Notes: generated by a model from the sequence alone, not told the origin. A DNA stretch of 64,000 nt from Octopus vulgaris (GCA_951406725.2 OX597830.1:37820001-37884000), one strand, 5' to 3'. Shown: positions 1 through 15,060, numbered from the stretch's first letter. Numbers and translations: made by a program.

Positions 1-1329
1 TGCATGCGACCTATTATGCTCTGAAGATATTATGTTCTTAATTTCTTTCAACTGAATCTTTCGATCGAAATGGTTTCGCCTTTTTACTAACCTTGCAACA
101 GTTATCGACTATCTATTCAAGTAATACTATTCATACCTGAAAAAATATTTCAAAATTAGTGATTCAGTGAACCAATATATATGCATAATGTATTTATATA
201 ATGACTTGTTTGTCACTCGTGCTACTTACACAAAGTTTCCCTCCTGTTTACGAAACTGATACATTTTGACGAGTTTTCACAACTGATATCCTGTACTTGT
301 TTTATGTAAATTTCAGTGCATAGTTCTCCAGTAATGTTTCAATGCATTAAATTCCAATAGTAAAACTACCATAATTTCGTGCAGACCACAAAACAATGAT
401 CGAAAGCAAATGTTATGTGTTTCAGTTACCAAATGATGCGATAAGAATTCATGTAGTCAGGGAATTCGTGCAACAAGCTATGGCATATGAATTAGATAAG
501 CAATACAGCAAGCTTTTATGTAAATGTAGACAGAAAAGTACATTTCATTCTACACCGGGTGTTGTATAATTGACACCGAGCGAGAGGCATCATCTTGAAT
601 ACTATACCCTTACATAAGATTTCTTTTTTTATTCACCATCGTTGTATCTCTACCTACGTGGAATACAATACTGCGTTGTGAGTCTAATAATTGTGATGTG
701 AAAATGATCTGGCTTCAGCCAAATACAAGAATGTCAGATTTAAACATGTAGCGAGAAGTTTTTATTTGCAGATCAGCTTGGAAGTTCGGATTACGATAAC
801 AAAGTCTCTATGTTTTCTATATGTGTTTATACACACATATAGAAAAAATAATACTCACTCATAAGATATGAAAAGAAAAATACCTATCCACTTGCAAACT
901 GTTCTGCATTATGTAGTTATTGAGTAGTTTGTGATGTTGATGCATTCCTAGGTCTGAAACGATTGACGGTGTCTGATAGTGGCTTCCCTTGGGAATTTTC
1001 CAGCAAGAGCGTTGACATTTGCACACTCCAATTGCTTTCAGATTCTCGAATGGCCTTATCTTTATATTTACAAATACTGTTTATTATAGAACGTCACTAG
1101 TTACCTTCCGTTCATATCGAGTTTTACTTTTTCTTACGCTCTAACTATTAGATTGCGAGAACGGTCAGATAATATATCACATCTAATAACAGAATCGAAT
1201 TTCTGCAGCCTAAGGCTTTATGAAACACAGATAAAGAGGTGTTTCTCATGCAATTTCTATGACATTAATTTAAAATTATATCGTATCACGTCCAAGAAAG
1301 GAAAGCCTTCCATCTTACACGCACATATC

Positions 1330-1480
1330 TATGTATGTATGTACGCATGTATGCATGTGTGTATGCATGAATGCATTATGTATGTGTATGTGTGTGTCTA
1401 TGCATGTGTGAATTTATGTGTATGTATATAATTATGTATGTGTGTGCCTTTGCGTATGTGTATCTGTGAGTGTGTTCGTG

Positions 1481-1517
<37 letters not shown>

Positions 1518-1570
1518 GAGTGATGACTATGAAGTGGAGATCCAGTATGCTTGAAGTAGACTCCATATAA

Positions 1571-1623
<53 letters not shown>

Positions 1624-1856
1624 TTTATATGTAAATATGGAGGTACGTATATATTTATATATTTCAGAAAAAGTATGCAAATTGACATATACATACATTT
1701 ATACGCGCATATTAATAGAAAGCTGCTCAGAAATACTAACGGGTATGTACACGTAAAACTTGTCAGAGCTGGCCGCAAACGATACGATTACAGGTCATTT
1801 TGTACGCAACTGTTACTGTCTTGCCTGTGGTGTACCATTGAAATATGTATATGTAC

Positions 1857-1927
<71 letters not shown>

Positions 1928-1930
1928 TAT
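1330..1930. repeat. Compound (TATG)n/(TG)n/(TA)n microsatellite tracts
   Basis: Directly visible; these tracts explain the YIYI/CVCV pseudo-ORFs. Confidence 0.95.
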
Positions 1931-2085
1931 ATTGCTGTATTACGGTACGGTCATTTTTTGGCAAAATTAACACACGCCCTATATATCTTCTTCTTTAGTC
2001 GTTCGTTACTGTTCTTATTTAATTAATTTAACTCATGTTCATTGTCCGGAAATATTTCGTCACGCATCTGTGCCCTCTACATTGA
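1931..2085 (-). mobile_element. Degenerate Penelope-like pseudo-LTR fragment related to the 33.1 kb element
   Basis: Minus strand reads ggcac-agatgc-gtgac-GAAA and ends atatatagggcgtgtgtt...aaatgaccgtaccgtaatacagcaatat, similar to 33195-33257; abuts (TA)n. Confidence 0.5.
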
Positions 2086-4848
2086 AATTTTTCGTGTGTG
2101 TTCATCAACGCTGCTATTAATTTGGGTTACCATTCCTGAAGTGTGAGATGCTTACAGTCCCTAGTTTCTACTTAGCGGTCGCCTATCTGCGTGATCGCTA
2201 GGGTCGCCGTTGGTTAACTTCGCTAATCGGATTAGAACCGGTGCATACAACATGAAATGCCTTTATCGCAGCAATTAATTCCTGTAGGACATCAGCAACT
2301 GCACTTTTCGTCTGTTGTCCATTAAAAGATATCAGCGGAGAACGATAGCCTTACAAGAATACGAATTAGATATATTCGACAAATATTCTTCATTAAACTG
2401 TTAGAGAAAGTTTTCTTAATTTAATCCTCGTTGTCTTGAAAAATGATCTATCCAGTATCCGTTGGATTATGCTTTTCTGGTGCACGCTACAGTTGGAATA
2501 ACGTTAGTCACAGATTACGTTGACTGAAGAGAATCCACGGCAAAATAGTACCATCGGAACATAATTTAATGAAATATATCTCTACTACAATATCAACAGT
2601 CTCGTTCTTTCAAATAAATCCCTCTTGAAATAATTTACAGTGATATTCTGCCAATTATTAGCGATAATGCTAAAAATGATAGAGAGAAGGCGGATAAGAA
2701 GGGACTACAAAAACTCATTTCTGATTCTACAAACTTATAACGACAAAATAAAACCTCACATAGTCACACATTTCATATTATATTGTTGGTTTAATTCCTC
2801 GTCGAATGCAGTTACTTTGAGAATTTTGACGCAAACGTTTAAATGTCACGTAATTTACAAGACACTCTCTTCCCTCAATTTTATCTGTTTTCATACAACC
2901 ATATTCATTTTCGCCCGTTCCGTTTTTGTTTTCTATTATTACTCTGTTTCTGTTTTGTTAAACTCTTCTCTTTAGCACAGATAACACTTTGGCAATAATA
3001 TTTTGTTTTCTAAAATAATATCTTATTCTCTATATTCAATTTCATGAGTTTTATCCAATAAACCTATCGTTACATTTGATAATGAGTTCATTAGTCCGTT
3101 TTATTAATTAACCTATTTACTGTTTACTAAACACTGAGGTCACCGGGCTTTGTGTTTTCGGTTTCTTTAGTTGTTTAAAATTAATATATATTCTATACTG
3201 TATTTATCTTTACCATTTCTTTATCACCATTGAATCGGTAAGATGGAATATCTCGAGTGCGTAGTTATCATTGTATTTATATAACTACCATACAATATAT
3301 TCAGACGTCATTTCCCCTATATTATGTCTTCAAATAATAATTTCGGTTTGATTCTTTACAATTTCATTGAAATTCATTTTTATCTCTAATATTGGCTCTG
3401 TCTCTAATAGGAAATTTTAGCAAATAATTGACTACACACTATTTCTTTTTTTCAAAGTTCTTTTTAAAATAAATCCTTTCGTTTTGTATGGCACACATAA
3501 TCCACTTCCTTTTGGTTTTTTTTTCCTTCAATTTTCGTGCAACGATAACAGATGTCACATACCTTTATTTTTTCTTATCTGAAAACTTTTTATACACTCA
3601 ATTCATTATTTCCATTTCAATGTCTAATGGCTTTAAAATTTTCTTCTCTCCTTGGAATCATCGATAATTGATAAGATTGCGTTTAATACATTCTATGTAT
3701 TTTTGCCATATGTCTTCTTTCATACTCTAAGACGAATGAAATAAACTGTCATATTCCAAAAATAAATATATGCTTTCGAAATACTAAAATACATATTTAT
3801 ATGCAGATTGCTAAACTATAAATAAAAATTTTAGTAAGTCTCGAGAAAAAATATTGAATTTAAGAATCAAGTATGGTATTAAATAAATTCGAATAAACAT
3901 ACTTTATTTGCACTAATATTATTAGTTAGGGAATGCACCCGTTTTCATTAACAAACAATACGGTTATAAATGTTGTTTCACCTCATTTATATTCTATGTA
4001 ATCAAACATGCACTTTTAGTAACGCAGCTTTCTGTGGTCATCTCACATAAATTTCAGGTTGTGTACATTAGTTAATATGGGTATATGACATGTTGCATTT
4101 TTTGCTAAATTACGTTGGTGTCGTTTGAAGATACTCAAATTTATCTATCCCAAAATGATGGAAGGTAGATGCCACCCTGTTTGGATTTAAAGGTAAAGAA
4201 ACGGATTAAATATAAGAATGCTATTTTACGACGCTCCAATGATTCTGTCATCCCACCACCTTAACTGTAATGATGATGAAGATAAGGGGAGTCTTGCTCT
4301 TATATTGTATTACTTCCTTTTCTTTTTGCTGTTCCTCTTTTGATACTTTCCGCAAAATCTTTTTCACTCTGATGGCCATTGTAACACGAACATAGAAACT
4401 GACACTACGAGAATATGAATTTTGGCTACCTTGCCGCTGGAACCTATGGCTGAATATCTTTCTATTTTAACGTACTATACTCGAAACTTCCACTAATCAG
4501 ACTATTTAGCAATATTTACTCGAACATGTTCATTACCCTCACTATCACATTAATTGCTTCCCTTTTTACCCATACTCTATGCAACAACTGCTGGAGATCA
4601 CCATTACAAACTCGACCATACCGTCCACAAGCGATTACATATTTTGCGTTATGTTCAACCCTCCCTATCAAATCCCCGATCTGGACCGCGGACGAAAGAT
4701 CTAATTTAAGGGTTTCTTGTTCATAGTTGTTTGATAATGTTTTCCGGTGACATTGCACCAATTATACAATTACAGTTTTTGTATTTCTGAAGTAAATATC
4801 AAGTAAGCGAATTTACTTCGCAGATTACATTTTATTGTTAATAACTGA

Positions 4849-4893
<45 letters not shown>

Positions 4894-4896
<3 letters not shown>

Positions 4897-5228
4897 GTTC
4901 TGAGTTCAAATTCCGCCGAGGTCGACTTTGCCTTTCATCCTTTCGGGGTCGATAAATTAAGTACTACTTACGCACTGGGGTCTATGTAATCGACTTTATC
5001 CGTTTGTCTGTCCTTATTTGTCCTCTCTGTGTTTAGCCCCTTGTGGGTAGTAGAGAAATAGGTATTTCGTCTGTATTTACGTTTCTAGTTTAAATTCTGC
5101 CGAGGTCAGCTGTGCCGTTCTTCATTTCGGAACCGAGAAATTAAGTATCAGTTGCATACTGGGGTCGATCTAATCGACTGGCTCCCTCCCCAAAAATTTC
5201 GGACCTTGTACCAGAGTAGGAAGGAATA
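4894..5228 (+). mobile_element. SINE family B, 5'-truncated, with duplicated core
   Basis: Core gagttcaaattccgccgaggtcgactttgcctttcatcctttcggggtcgataaattaagta occurs twice here and recurs at 17.9, 20.5, 28.4, 35.8, 40.2 and 41-42 kb. Confidence 0.85.
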
Positions 5229-6116
5229 TCTAACGAGATCTTCCTCTTGGTGATCCTTTACAAAAACTATTTATTTCCGTTATTGCAATGTGGGACACGT
5301 AGTGTGATATTATCTAACGGGAAGTAATATTTGCTAGGGTAAATTGTGCACAAAGAGATATAACTGTTAAGTATTTTGGATAAAATAGTCGCAGTTTTTG
5401 TGGGTCCAATAAATCCAATTATTTCAGCCGGAATAAAGTAAGAAAATTTCTAATACACGTTAAATTATATCATCCTATTAATGAATTGATATATCTTCTT
5501 GCAAGGAAATTCAGAGTAAAATTCAATTAAAGTAAAACAGGTAAAAACTAGGTAAGATACATATGCATTGTAGATATAGAGTATTATATTATTCCATGAA
5601 GGATCTAGAAGTTCTTTGTATCACATTATAGCGCCTTTGAGGTGGATGATTTATAGTAAAGTAGGCTGGCCATCAAAACTATTTCCTATGCTTCAATGAA
5701 TAACTACCGAGATTTAGATATAATTCGGAAGAAATGAAGGAGAAATCATATTGAAAAGTGGACATTAAATATAGCAACAAGATAAGAACTTACAGTTCAT
5801 TAAATCGTTAAATATATTACATCGTATAGCAAAGAACTACGGAACAGTTTCAATATGTCTTTGTTATGAATGGAGACGGTCGTTTATGATTCAGTAACTC
5901 TTTTATCTATCTAAAGGATAACAAGAATCTAAATCTTAATGTGTTGCTTAGCTTGTTTTCCATCAAATCTATTGTATTTCCAATAAAAAAATTTAAATAA
6001 TTACATCAAAATGGATTGTCATTTAACTACTTAAAATTCTAGTGTATATATACATACATATACACACACACACACACACACGCACACACACACACACACA
6101 CATATATATGTATATA

Positions 6117-6156
<40 letters not shown>

Positions 6157-7886
6157 TATATCTGTGTGTGTGTGTGCGGAGAGAATACTTTATTAGAGTG
6201 ACACTGCACAAATATTCTAACTTTTTAAATTATATTCAAAAATATTATCGATTCGAATAATTAACCATTTATTACAAGAAATATTTTATCATTTTGAATT
6301 GCTTTTATTATTATTAAATGCAGTGACTGTCTGCTAACAATTTGTAATATTAGAAATATTGCAGTTATTAAGAGCTAGGTTTTACGTATTTCAAGGATTA
6401 TAGTACAAATCTTATTTTCAGTCGCATTAGATTTATATTTGGTAAACAATCTGTTGCTTAACTTACCCAAGAATAAAAACAGCTGGCATCATATATGTTT
6501 AATCATTGTCTAGTGAGTGCATAGTGAATGTCAGAATCTGATGAGTCATTGAATACATATCCTATCGTATTTATGTATGATTATTTCCGCCAGATCTCTG
6601 TGTTCATCGTCTTGATATTGGCCTTCATTCTTTCGGGGCTTATAGAATATTTAATATAATCGACCCCTGATGTTCTAACTATTCCGTGAACACTTAAGTA
6701 ATTAGCAATGCTGGTTGCTGTATCCGTTGTTTGAAACTGTCATTCATTTTTGTGTTATGAATACATTAATAAAATCACTTATGTATTAGAGATACAGGTG
6801 ACAAACTAAACGTTAAATCTATGTGCTTGAAATGGATTTTCTACCAGTTTAAGAGATTTGTACGTAGTTAAGGATTTGTGCGTAGTTAAGGATTTGTTCA
6901 TGCGTAGGGATACCAACAGAGAGAATAGTATATACACAATTCAAACGTAGGCGTAGCATCAACTTCGTAGATGCTGCGCAATTGACTATGACAGAAGTTT
7001 TTGGGTTTCCATTATTAGAAATGCCTTTCATTTGTATACTTCGAAATATTGTACACAAGTCTCCATGGAGGATGTGAAAACCAGTTTCAAGATGTACATG
7101 TACCCTTTGCAATTAAAAACAATATTTTCGAAGATTTACATAGATTTACATAGATTTAACTATTGCGGAATAATTTTCACTATCATGTAGAGATTGCATT
7201 AAAAAAAAATTATTGTGCTTGTAGACATAAAAATGTGACTCTAATTGTAGTAGATCATATGTATGCACATTCTCACTCGTACTTCTAAGGGGAGGTTATT
7301 TGCAAAATTCAGTCCTTACGTTTAAAGTAGACGGGCCTGAAGAGCTGTTTAGAAATGAAGCATGAGGCATGGATGTACTGTTGTAGTTTGGTTTGGAAGG
7401 CAATAATAGCATGAATGCTGAGAAGTAAGAATCAGCAATCAATCATAATAAAAAGAGTGGACAAGACATTCTTACATGTAAAGTGTAAAACATCCAAGTA
7501 AGTGTTCTTTGTTCCATCAGTTGTAAAAAAAAAATATATATGGTAGTATAAGAAGCAGGTACTAAGGCCTGAATGTACTTGATAGGAAAGAACTGCAGCT
7601 GAATGTTGTTTTTTTAGACATTGAATAAGAGTTCAGGTTTTCTATTAATGTTATTTATGCAGTAATAAATGTAGATGAATTGTGATTACGCAATCCACAG
7701 AGAAATGTGAATATGAAGAAAATCCGATTCTGGCTGAAGACCTAAAATATATGGAATAAATACCAGTTATCGAATCGATGGACATTACGTTACGACTAAT
7801 GAATATCAATTATTTATTATGTGGTATCAAATTTTCCGTCACACAAATACATAGACAGATATATGTACAAGTATATATGTATATTT

Positions 7887-8160
7887 GTGGAGGCGCAATT
7901 GCCCAGTAGTTAGGGCAGCGGACTCACGGTCGGAGAACCGCGGTTTCGATTCCCAGACCGGGAGTTGTGTGTGTCTATTGAGCGAAACACCTAAAGCTCC
8001 ACGAGGTTCCGGCCGGGGGTGGTGGCGACCTCTGTTGTACTCTTTCACCCCAACTTTCTCTTACTCTTTCTTCCTGTTTCTTGAGTAACGCTGCGATGGA
8101 AACAGGGAAACCGGGCATATGACTCTGGCTAGGCTTGAAAAGGGCGCATAGATAAATAAA
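7887..8160 (+). mobile_element. tRNA-derived SINE (family C type head)
   Basis: Head ggaggcgcaattgcccagtagttagggcagcggactcacggtcggagaaccgcggtttcgattccc with A/B-box-like motifs; A-rich end; flanked by TA/TG repeats. Confidence 0.8.
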
Positions 8161-9308
8161 TATGTATATTTATATACTTACACACACATATATATATATA
8201 TATATATACATATCTACACATATATATGTACATACATATGTGTATATATACATACACACAACACACACACACACACATGTACACGTATATATGTTCCGGG
8301 ATTCTAGGAATGTTTGTGCTTTTATTTCTACTTGTGGTTGGACGCTGAAGCGTCTATAAAAACGTCAATTCATTATAATATAGAATAGAAATCTTTCCGC
8401 TAAAATTATCAATCCTTGGCACGTTTTACTTAGAAACATTAGCACAAATATTTCGATTCCGTTGCACCATATAAGGCCATGTCTCTTCTAATTCATATTT
8501 AGTCAGAACAATTGACATTCTAATACAAACCAATCCAGACTGCAGATTTCATATTTTCCAAATATCTTTTCCTATCAAACCACTATAAATGATACTTTTA
8601 TAACAACGCTACGTTAATGAAAGCAAATACAAAATATTTTGACTTCTGCAAGGAATTGAAAACTTTGGTGATTTTGACGATTTTTACATCCACCGTTCTT
8701 AACAAATTAGTTATTCTTCGTCGTTTGTGGCCTATACAGGGACAGCCTGTTGTTGCTCTACACAGGGTATAAGGCAACTCTATATTCAAATCACATTCTT
8801 TCCAGCATATCTTACACAAAAAGCCCCAAAGTATACAATTCATAAGCTACTGAAGTGTAACAATATACTTCCATAACAACCCACACATTTATCCAAACAA
8901 TTGCTAAAACAAGCCTCACAAAATTAATAATGCTAAATGCTCAACAATTGTTCCCTAAATGCAATATGACAAGCGATGTTAACGCAATTTACAAGCTCTC
9001 TCTTTGTATACGCTCATATATTTTATTCCTCAAACAGCGGTAACAATGACTGAAAGAAGATCATTCTTGTATCACTACACTTTTCATGCTAAGATATTTG
9101 TGCTATTGTAAGCTGTGAAAGTTCCGATTACAATGAAACTTTACTTTTATTACCAGATTATACATTGAATGAACTAAAGCGAATCAGATAATAACCATTA
9201 TCTCAGAAAATATTGGTGTGAATGAATGAACATAGTTTTCAGAATTCTCTTTTGACAGAACAGAATAATTTCTCTATGCCTCATGTTCCTCCTCTGTATA
9301 TATATGCT

Positions 9309-9733
<425 letters not shown>

Positions 9734-9762
9734 ATATATATGTATATAATATATATGTATTA

Positions 9763-9793
<31 letters not shown>

Positions 9794-9849
9794 GTCTGTC
9801 TGTTTCTCTCTCTATATATATATGAGTATATATATAGGGTAAGGTGAAT

Positions 9850-10240
9850 TTGAAGTCTTAGAGCGGCTTCTGGGATATCCCAAGTGATAGGGCAGCATGT
9901 CAGTTCACTGCGTATTTCGTCAACAATGCAAAGGTGATTATGTACGGAAGTTCCACACAGGGAAAGTCACAGACCATAAGGAATAGAATAGAAGAATAAA
10001 GAATGAAAGTAGACTGAATAATATCGGCAGGAGAATGAAATGTGCACTTTCCTTCTTGGAACTGAAAATATAAACATCCTACAAATATTTTAATTTTTAC
10101 TTCTATTCTCTTATTTTCCTTTATACTTCTTATTTCCGTCTTTTTCTAGAAAAAATCTCCTTATATTGAACTCTACCATTTCCCTCTATTTAACCATCTT
10201 ACATCGTCTCTGATGAAGGGATATCCTTAAACATAGGAAT
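9850..10240. mobile_element. Degenerate relative of the 14.2-15.0 kb hammerhead element
   Basis: Plus-strand gtctCTGATGAagggatatcc at ~10206 and minus-strand gatatcccagaagccgctctaagac at ~9855-9880 resemble the two halves of the 14774-14827 motif. Confidence 0.45.
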
Positions 10241-10301
10241 TCTAAAATTAATAATGTAGTCTGGTAATACATTCCCTTCAAATGAGAAATCTCTATTACT
10301 A

Positions 10302-10425
10302 TACGTGGATGAGTCAAAAAAGTAATGCCATTTTGTTTAGGACAGGTATAAATACCAGCACAGGAATATGTAGCATACATCAAAATGAAGTTTGTCCTCT
10401 GTGGATCACATCCCTACTTCTCATT
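10302..10425 (+). mobile_element. Mariner-type terminal fragment
   Basis: TA followed by cgtggatgagtcaaaaaagtaatgcc resembles mariner TIR ends; no partner TIR found. Confidence 0.4.
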
Positions 10426-10759
10426 TAAGAACATATCAAATATATGTGATTGATCGGCTGATAATAGGTCTGCCGTTTGTTTTTAGTTAAACGGAGTCGT
10501 GGTTTGTGCTGGCGTAATGGATGTCGATTAGTGTTACTCTAATTTCTTCATTTATATGTTACAGCCGGGATATTGTGCAGCTCAGTCTGCCTCCGTCATT
10601 TAGACCCTGGTTGATCACCTGTGAACTTTGAGGCAGGAAAATTATCTTTGTTTTCTCGGAGTAGTAGGAAAACTGGAAGCAAATAGCTGCGAAGTACTAC
10701 ACCTTATAGGTTGCCGTAAATACCTCGCTCGGAAATGATAGAATGAAAGTTGACCGTGC

Positions 10760-10790
<31 letters not shown>

Positions 10791-11180
10791 TGTATGTATG
10801 TATGTATGTATGTATGTATGTATGTATGTATGTATGTATGTATGTATGTATGTATGTATGTATGTATGTGTATATGTATGTATGTGTGTATGTATGTATG
10901 TATGTATGTATGTATGTATGCATGTATGTATGTATGTATGTATGTATGTATGCATGTATGTATGTATGTATGTGTATATGTATGTGTATATGTATGTATG
11001 TGTGTATGTATATGTATATATATACGCACGTACATGTGTATCTATCAATCTATCTATTTGTCGATCTATTTATATACACATATAGGCCTACACACACACT
11101 CACACACACAAACACAGACACACACAGACACACACACAGACGCATACAGACACACACACACATATGTATATACACACACA

Positions 11181-11220
<40 letters not shown>
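10760..11220. repeat. (TATG)n, (CA)n and (TA)n microsatellite block
   Basis: Directly visible; source of the MYVC/HTYI pseudo-ORFs. Confidence 0.95.
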
Positions 11221-11222
<2 letters not shown>

Positions 11223-11842
11223 TCGAATTATAAGGGTTGACATTAATATTAATTAACTAATATCAATGTAAACAAGTGGCCTAGCATACTTAAAAAATCC
11301 GAAGATTAAGAAAATTATATTACACACATATATATACTCATATATATATATATATATATATATATAAACATATACTCCACCCATAAATAGATATATGCCT
11401 ATATATATGTATGTGTATGTATATGTGTGTTTATGTATGTATGTATGTATGTTTGTATGAATGTAGGCATGTATTTGATCAATTGCATTAGGTGTTTTCT
11501 TCTTTTTTAACACTGTGCTAGCAAGATTAATGCACGTGATTCTGACTGAATAGTAGCGTCCCTTTTTTTTACGTTTAGAAACAATTTCTCTGAAATATTG
11601 CTTATCCTATTGTTGGACCAACCTGGAATATTAACGTGTTTGGTTTTAAGGATTTGCTTGTATATGGAAATTTGCGTTTAAAGTTAAAGTGTATATAACG
11701 ATACATACTCATTAGTAATTCTAGATATGATCATATTAACTGGTCTATTATGATCCCTGGCGTAATCTCAGTAGTTATCTCAGGGGATTCATACATATAT
11801 GAATATATAAATATATGCATTAAAGATATATATATATACATA

Positions 11843-12240
11843 GGCGCAGGAGTGGCTGTGTTGTAAGTACCTTGCTTACCAACCACATGGTTCCGGGTTC
11901 AGTCCCACTGCGTGACATCTTCGTCAAGTGTCTTCTGCTATAGCCTCGGGGCGTACAAAGCCTTGTGAGTGGATTTGGTAGACGGAAACTGAAAAGAAGC
12001 CCGTCGTATATATGTACATATATATATGTGTGTGTGTGTGCTTGTGTATCTGTGTTTGTCACCCTAGCATTGCTTGACAACCGATGCTGGTGTGTTTGTG
12101 TCCCCGATACTTAGCGGTTCGGCAAAAGAGGCCGATAGAATAAGTATTGGGCTTACAAAAATAAGTCCCGGGGCCGAGTTGCTCGATTAAAGGCGGTGCC
12201 CCAGCATGGCCGCAGTCAAATGACTGAAACAAGTAAAAGA

Positions 12241-12243
<3 letters not shown>
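11843..12243 (+). mobile_element. SINE family A, full length
   Basis: tRNA-like head (tggctgtgttgtaag...gggttcagtccc), internal (TA)/(TG) tract, tail aaggcggtgccccagcatggccgcagtcaaatgactgaaac; homologues at 15.8, 17.3 and 61.3 kb. Confidence 0.9.
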
Positions 12244-12298
<55 letters not shown>

Positions 12299-13340
12299 AA
12301 TATCAACAAGGAAACATGAAAATCATCGGCTGATCTGATACGTCTTGATTATAATTGCATCTTGTACTACAACCTATTCTACTGAAACTAATATTGTATA
12401 CCATGTGGGTGAAACAAATGATCATATTTTCGATATCGTTTAACAGTGTGGTACAACACAATGTAAATGTTTATCTGCGCACTAATTCACTTGCAAGGAC
12501 ATTTCTTAAAATTATTTTACGATAGATGTCCATGAAATCGTTTAATCTTGTTGAGAGAAAGCCACCACGACAAACTTAATGTAGATTATGACACTCTTAA
12601 CATAGATCTAATAACTCGGGGCATTGCATCGAAAGGAAAAAAAAAATTGCAAAAGATTCTTCCATTATTTCTCATAGTTATGTCATTTCTGATAGATATG
12701 TTTGTACATTTCTCAATTGCAATAAATAACATACATTTTGCACAAAAGCATATGTACAATATCATAATATCTCCGGGGAGTAATATTTTTGCATCTGCCT
12801 TGTATTATACATTTCAATATAGAGATGTCGTTAAATTCTCTACATCAATTACTTTAAACATAACTTAGCCTTGAATAATATCATATGAACAACTCATTAT
12901 AAGATTTGCATTACTGCGTTTGTTAAATCAGGAACCTGTTCTATAGTTGTTCTCCCGAGACAATGAAAATGTTTGCAGTCATAGCTATCTATTTCGCATA
13001 GAATTAAGTCACAGTTTTTTCAATACAATATCACTTTTTAGAAACGCTACAAACAATTACATTTTTCAGAGTTTACCCGGGGGGGCAATTAACATTTGAG
13101 GTTGAAATAGTCTTAAATCATACACGTCAGCTTATTGATGTATATATTAATCACATATATCATTACGTAGGCACACCTACACACAAACACACATATATGC
13201 ATATACACGCACGCACACACACACACACATAGATGAATATAATTATTGTTCTTAAACAAGAATGGTATCTTCAGTGTCTTCGAAGTTTTCGCCAGCTAAG
13301 CCATCATCGGACAACCCACACACACACACACTCACACACA

Positions 13341-13386
<46 letters not shown>

Positions 13387-14085
13387 TACACGCACGCATA
13401 TATTTGAAGAGCAGTTTTAAAACGTGTACTGAATACACAAGTATGTCCAAATTTGGTCATGTTTATTTACGTTTTCTCGTAGCTGTGGATCAAACATATT
13501 CATAGTTCGACTGGAACAGTAAAGCTCTAAAATTCTTCTTATCTATCAAGTTCAGGAATGGCTTTAGTTTCTCAATTATACTTTTTAATTAATGGTACTT
13601 TATACTTAGATTTCCCGGTGAGTGTTTTATGCTCACGTCTACGCAGTTATGACGTGTGTATTTTGTCTTTCTCAGCTTCTGTTAAAGTATCCGCATTACT
13701 TCTAAAATCAGAATTGTATTTCAGTGGCAATGCTATAAAATAGGGAATAATTTTTTTTGCGTTGATGTTTCTTTTTTATTTAAATTTTCTTCCTCTTATG
13801 TTTTATTGTGTGTTGCAATTGATCTTCCTTTGATAGGCATAATTAACCTGTAAGGAACTGATGTACTTCATTGGTCCGCAAATTTCACTCTAACAGTCAA
13901 GCTTGAAATTTGTTTTAAGCTTGCACTCAGATAAATATACTTGTTGTGTGTTGTTAAAAAGGACATTTTGATTTAACAGTTTTTTGTAATATGCTGATAG
14001 TGATAGCATGCAGTTTGTTGTGATACATATGAATGCACATATGTGTAGCTATGTATGCATGTATGTATTTATGTGTGTATGTATG

Positions 14086-14116
<31 letters not shown>

Positions 14117-14180
14117 GTATGTATGTCATTATTCAGTTTTATTTCAAGATTTCTTTCCAATAGAGAAAGAGTCGGCTTCT

Positions 14181-15060
14181 AGTATGGGATATTCCTTCAT
14201 CGGAGGGCATAGAGTACTGAAATGACGACAAAGAGGACAAGAAAAAAGGACAGAAGAATACCACTGGCACCTACTATTCTCTTTGAATCCCTTTCATTTT
14301 ACTTTATTTTGTTTTTCTTTACGTTATCTTCCACTACCTCCACATCTTCTCTCCTTAATTACCCTTATTTATTTATTTATCTTGGTTATTTTTGTACACA
14401 ATATACTTTTATACCTTATTTTATCAGTAATACTAATCCTTGCTTCTCTCCCTCACTCTCTCTACCTCTCTTTCTATTTATTCATTTTTCTTTTCCTTGA
14501 CCCCTAAATAGCCACCTCCGTTAACATTCTCTTACGGAACGTAGATACGTTTGCATATATTTATGGATATTTACACTATTAAGATATTGCCTACATGGAT
14601 TTACACAGGATTGCACTTAAGTACTTATGGGGTAACATATGAAAAGTTGAACTGTGAATTTTATGCTTCATTTTTTTTTCTCTTTCTTCTTTTTCTTCAT
14701 CTCATTATTCCTTTTCTCATGTCCTCTATGTCGTCGTTTCATTAATGTATACACTTCTCATTTTACCTATTTGTCTCTGATGATGGAATATCCCATACTG
14801 TGGAATATCCCAGAAACAGCTGTAAGAATTTGAATTTTTCTAATAACAAATACGTATACGATTGGAAATGCTTGCCTTGCCTTAACGTTTGTAGACCTCT
14901 TCAACAATTATGTATCCGCTGTATTGGAAATCTACAACGGTTCTATAACTCCCGTCTGGGACTGAACCATGGGGCCCTCGTAATCCATTACAACACTTAC
15001 CCAGCGTACCTAGTCGTTTAGATCACCTGTGAACGAAACCCCCATATTTTGTATATTAAA
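14181..15060 (+). mobile_element. Non-autonomous Penelope-like element with hammerhead and inverted 5' segment
   Basis: 14181-14250 is a diverged reverse complement of 14709-14799; hammerhead at 14774-14827; no ORF. Confidence 0.65.
14774..14827 (+). ncRNA. Minimal type-I hammerhead ribozyme motif
   Basis: tct-CTGATGA-[tggaatatccca tactg tggaatatccca, 10/12 paired]-GAAA-CAGCTG-TA-aga; palindromic stem III ACAGCTGT; GUA cleavage triplet. Confidence 0.75.

Noticed and set aside
4516-4761. 81-aa minus-strand ORF of normal composition
   Set aside because: No recognisable domain or convincing splice context; probably decayed repeat or chance.
6536-6560. CTGATGAG hammerhead-like box
   Set aside because: No downstream GAAA/UH or stem I partner.
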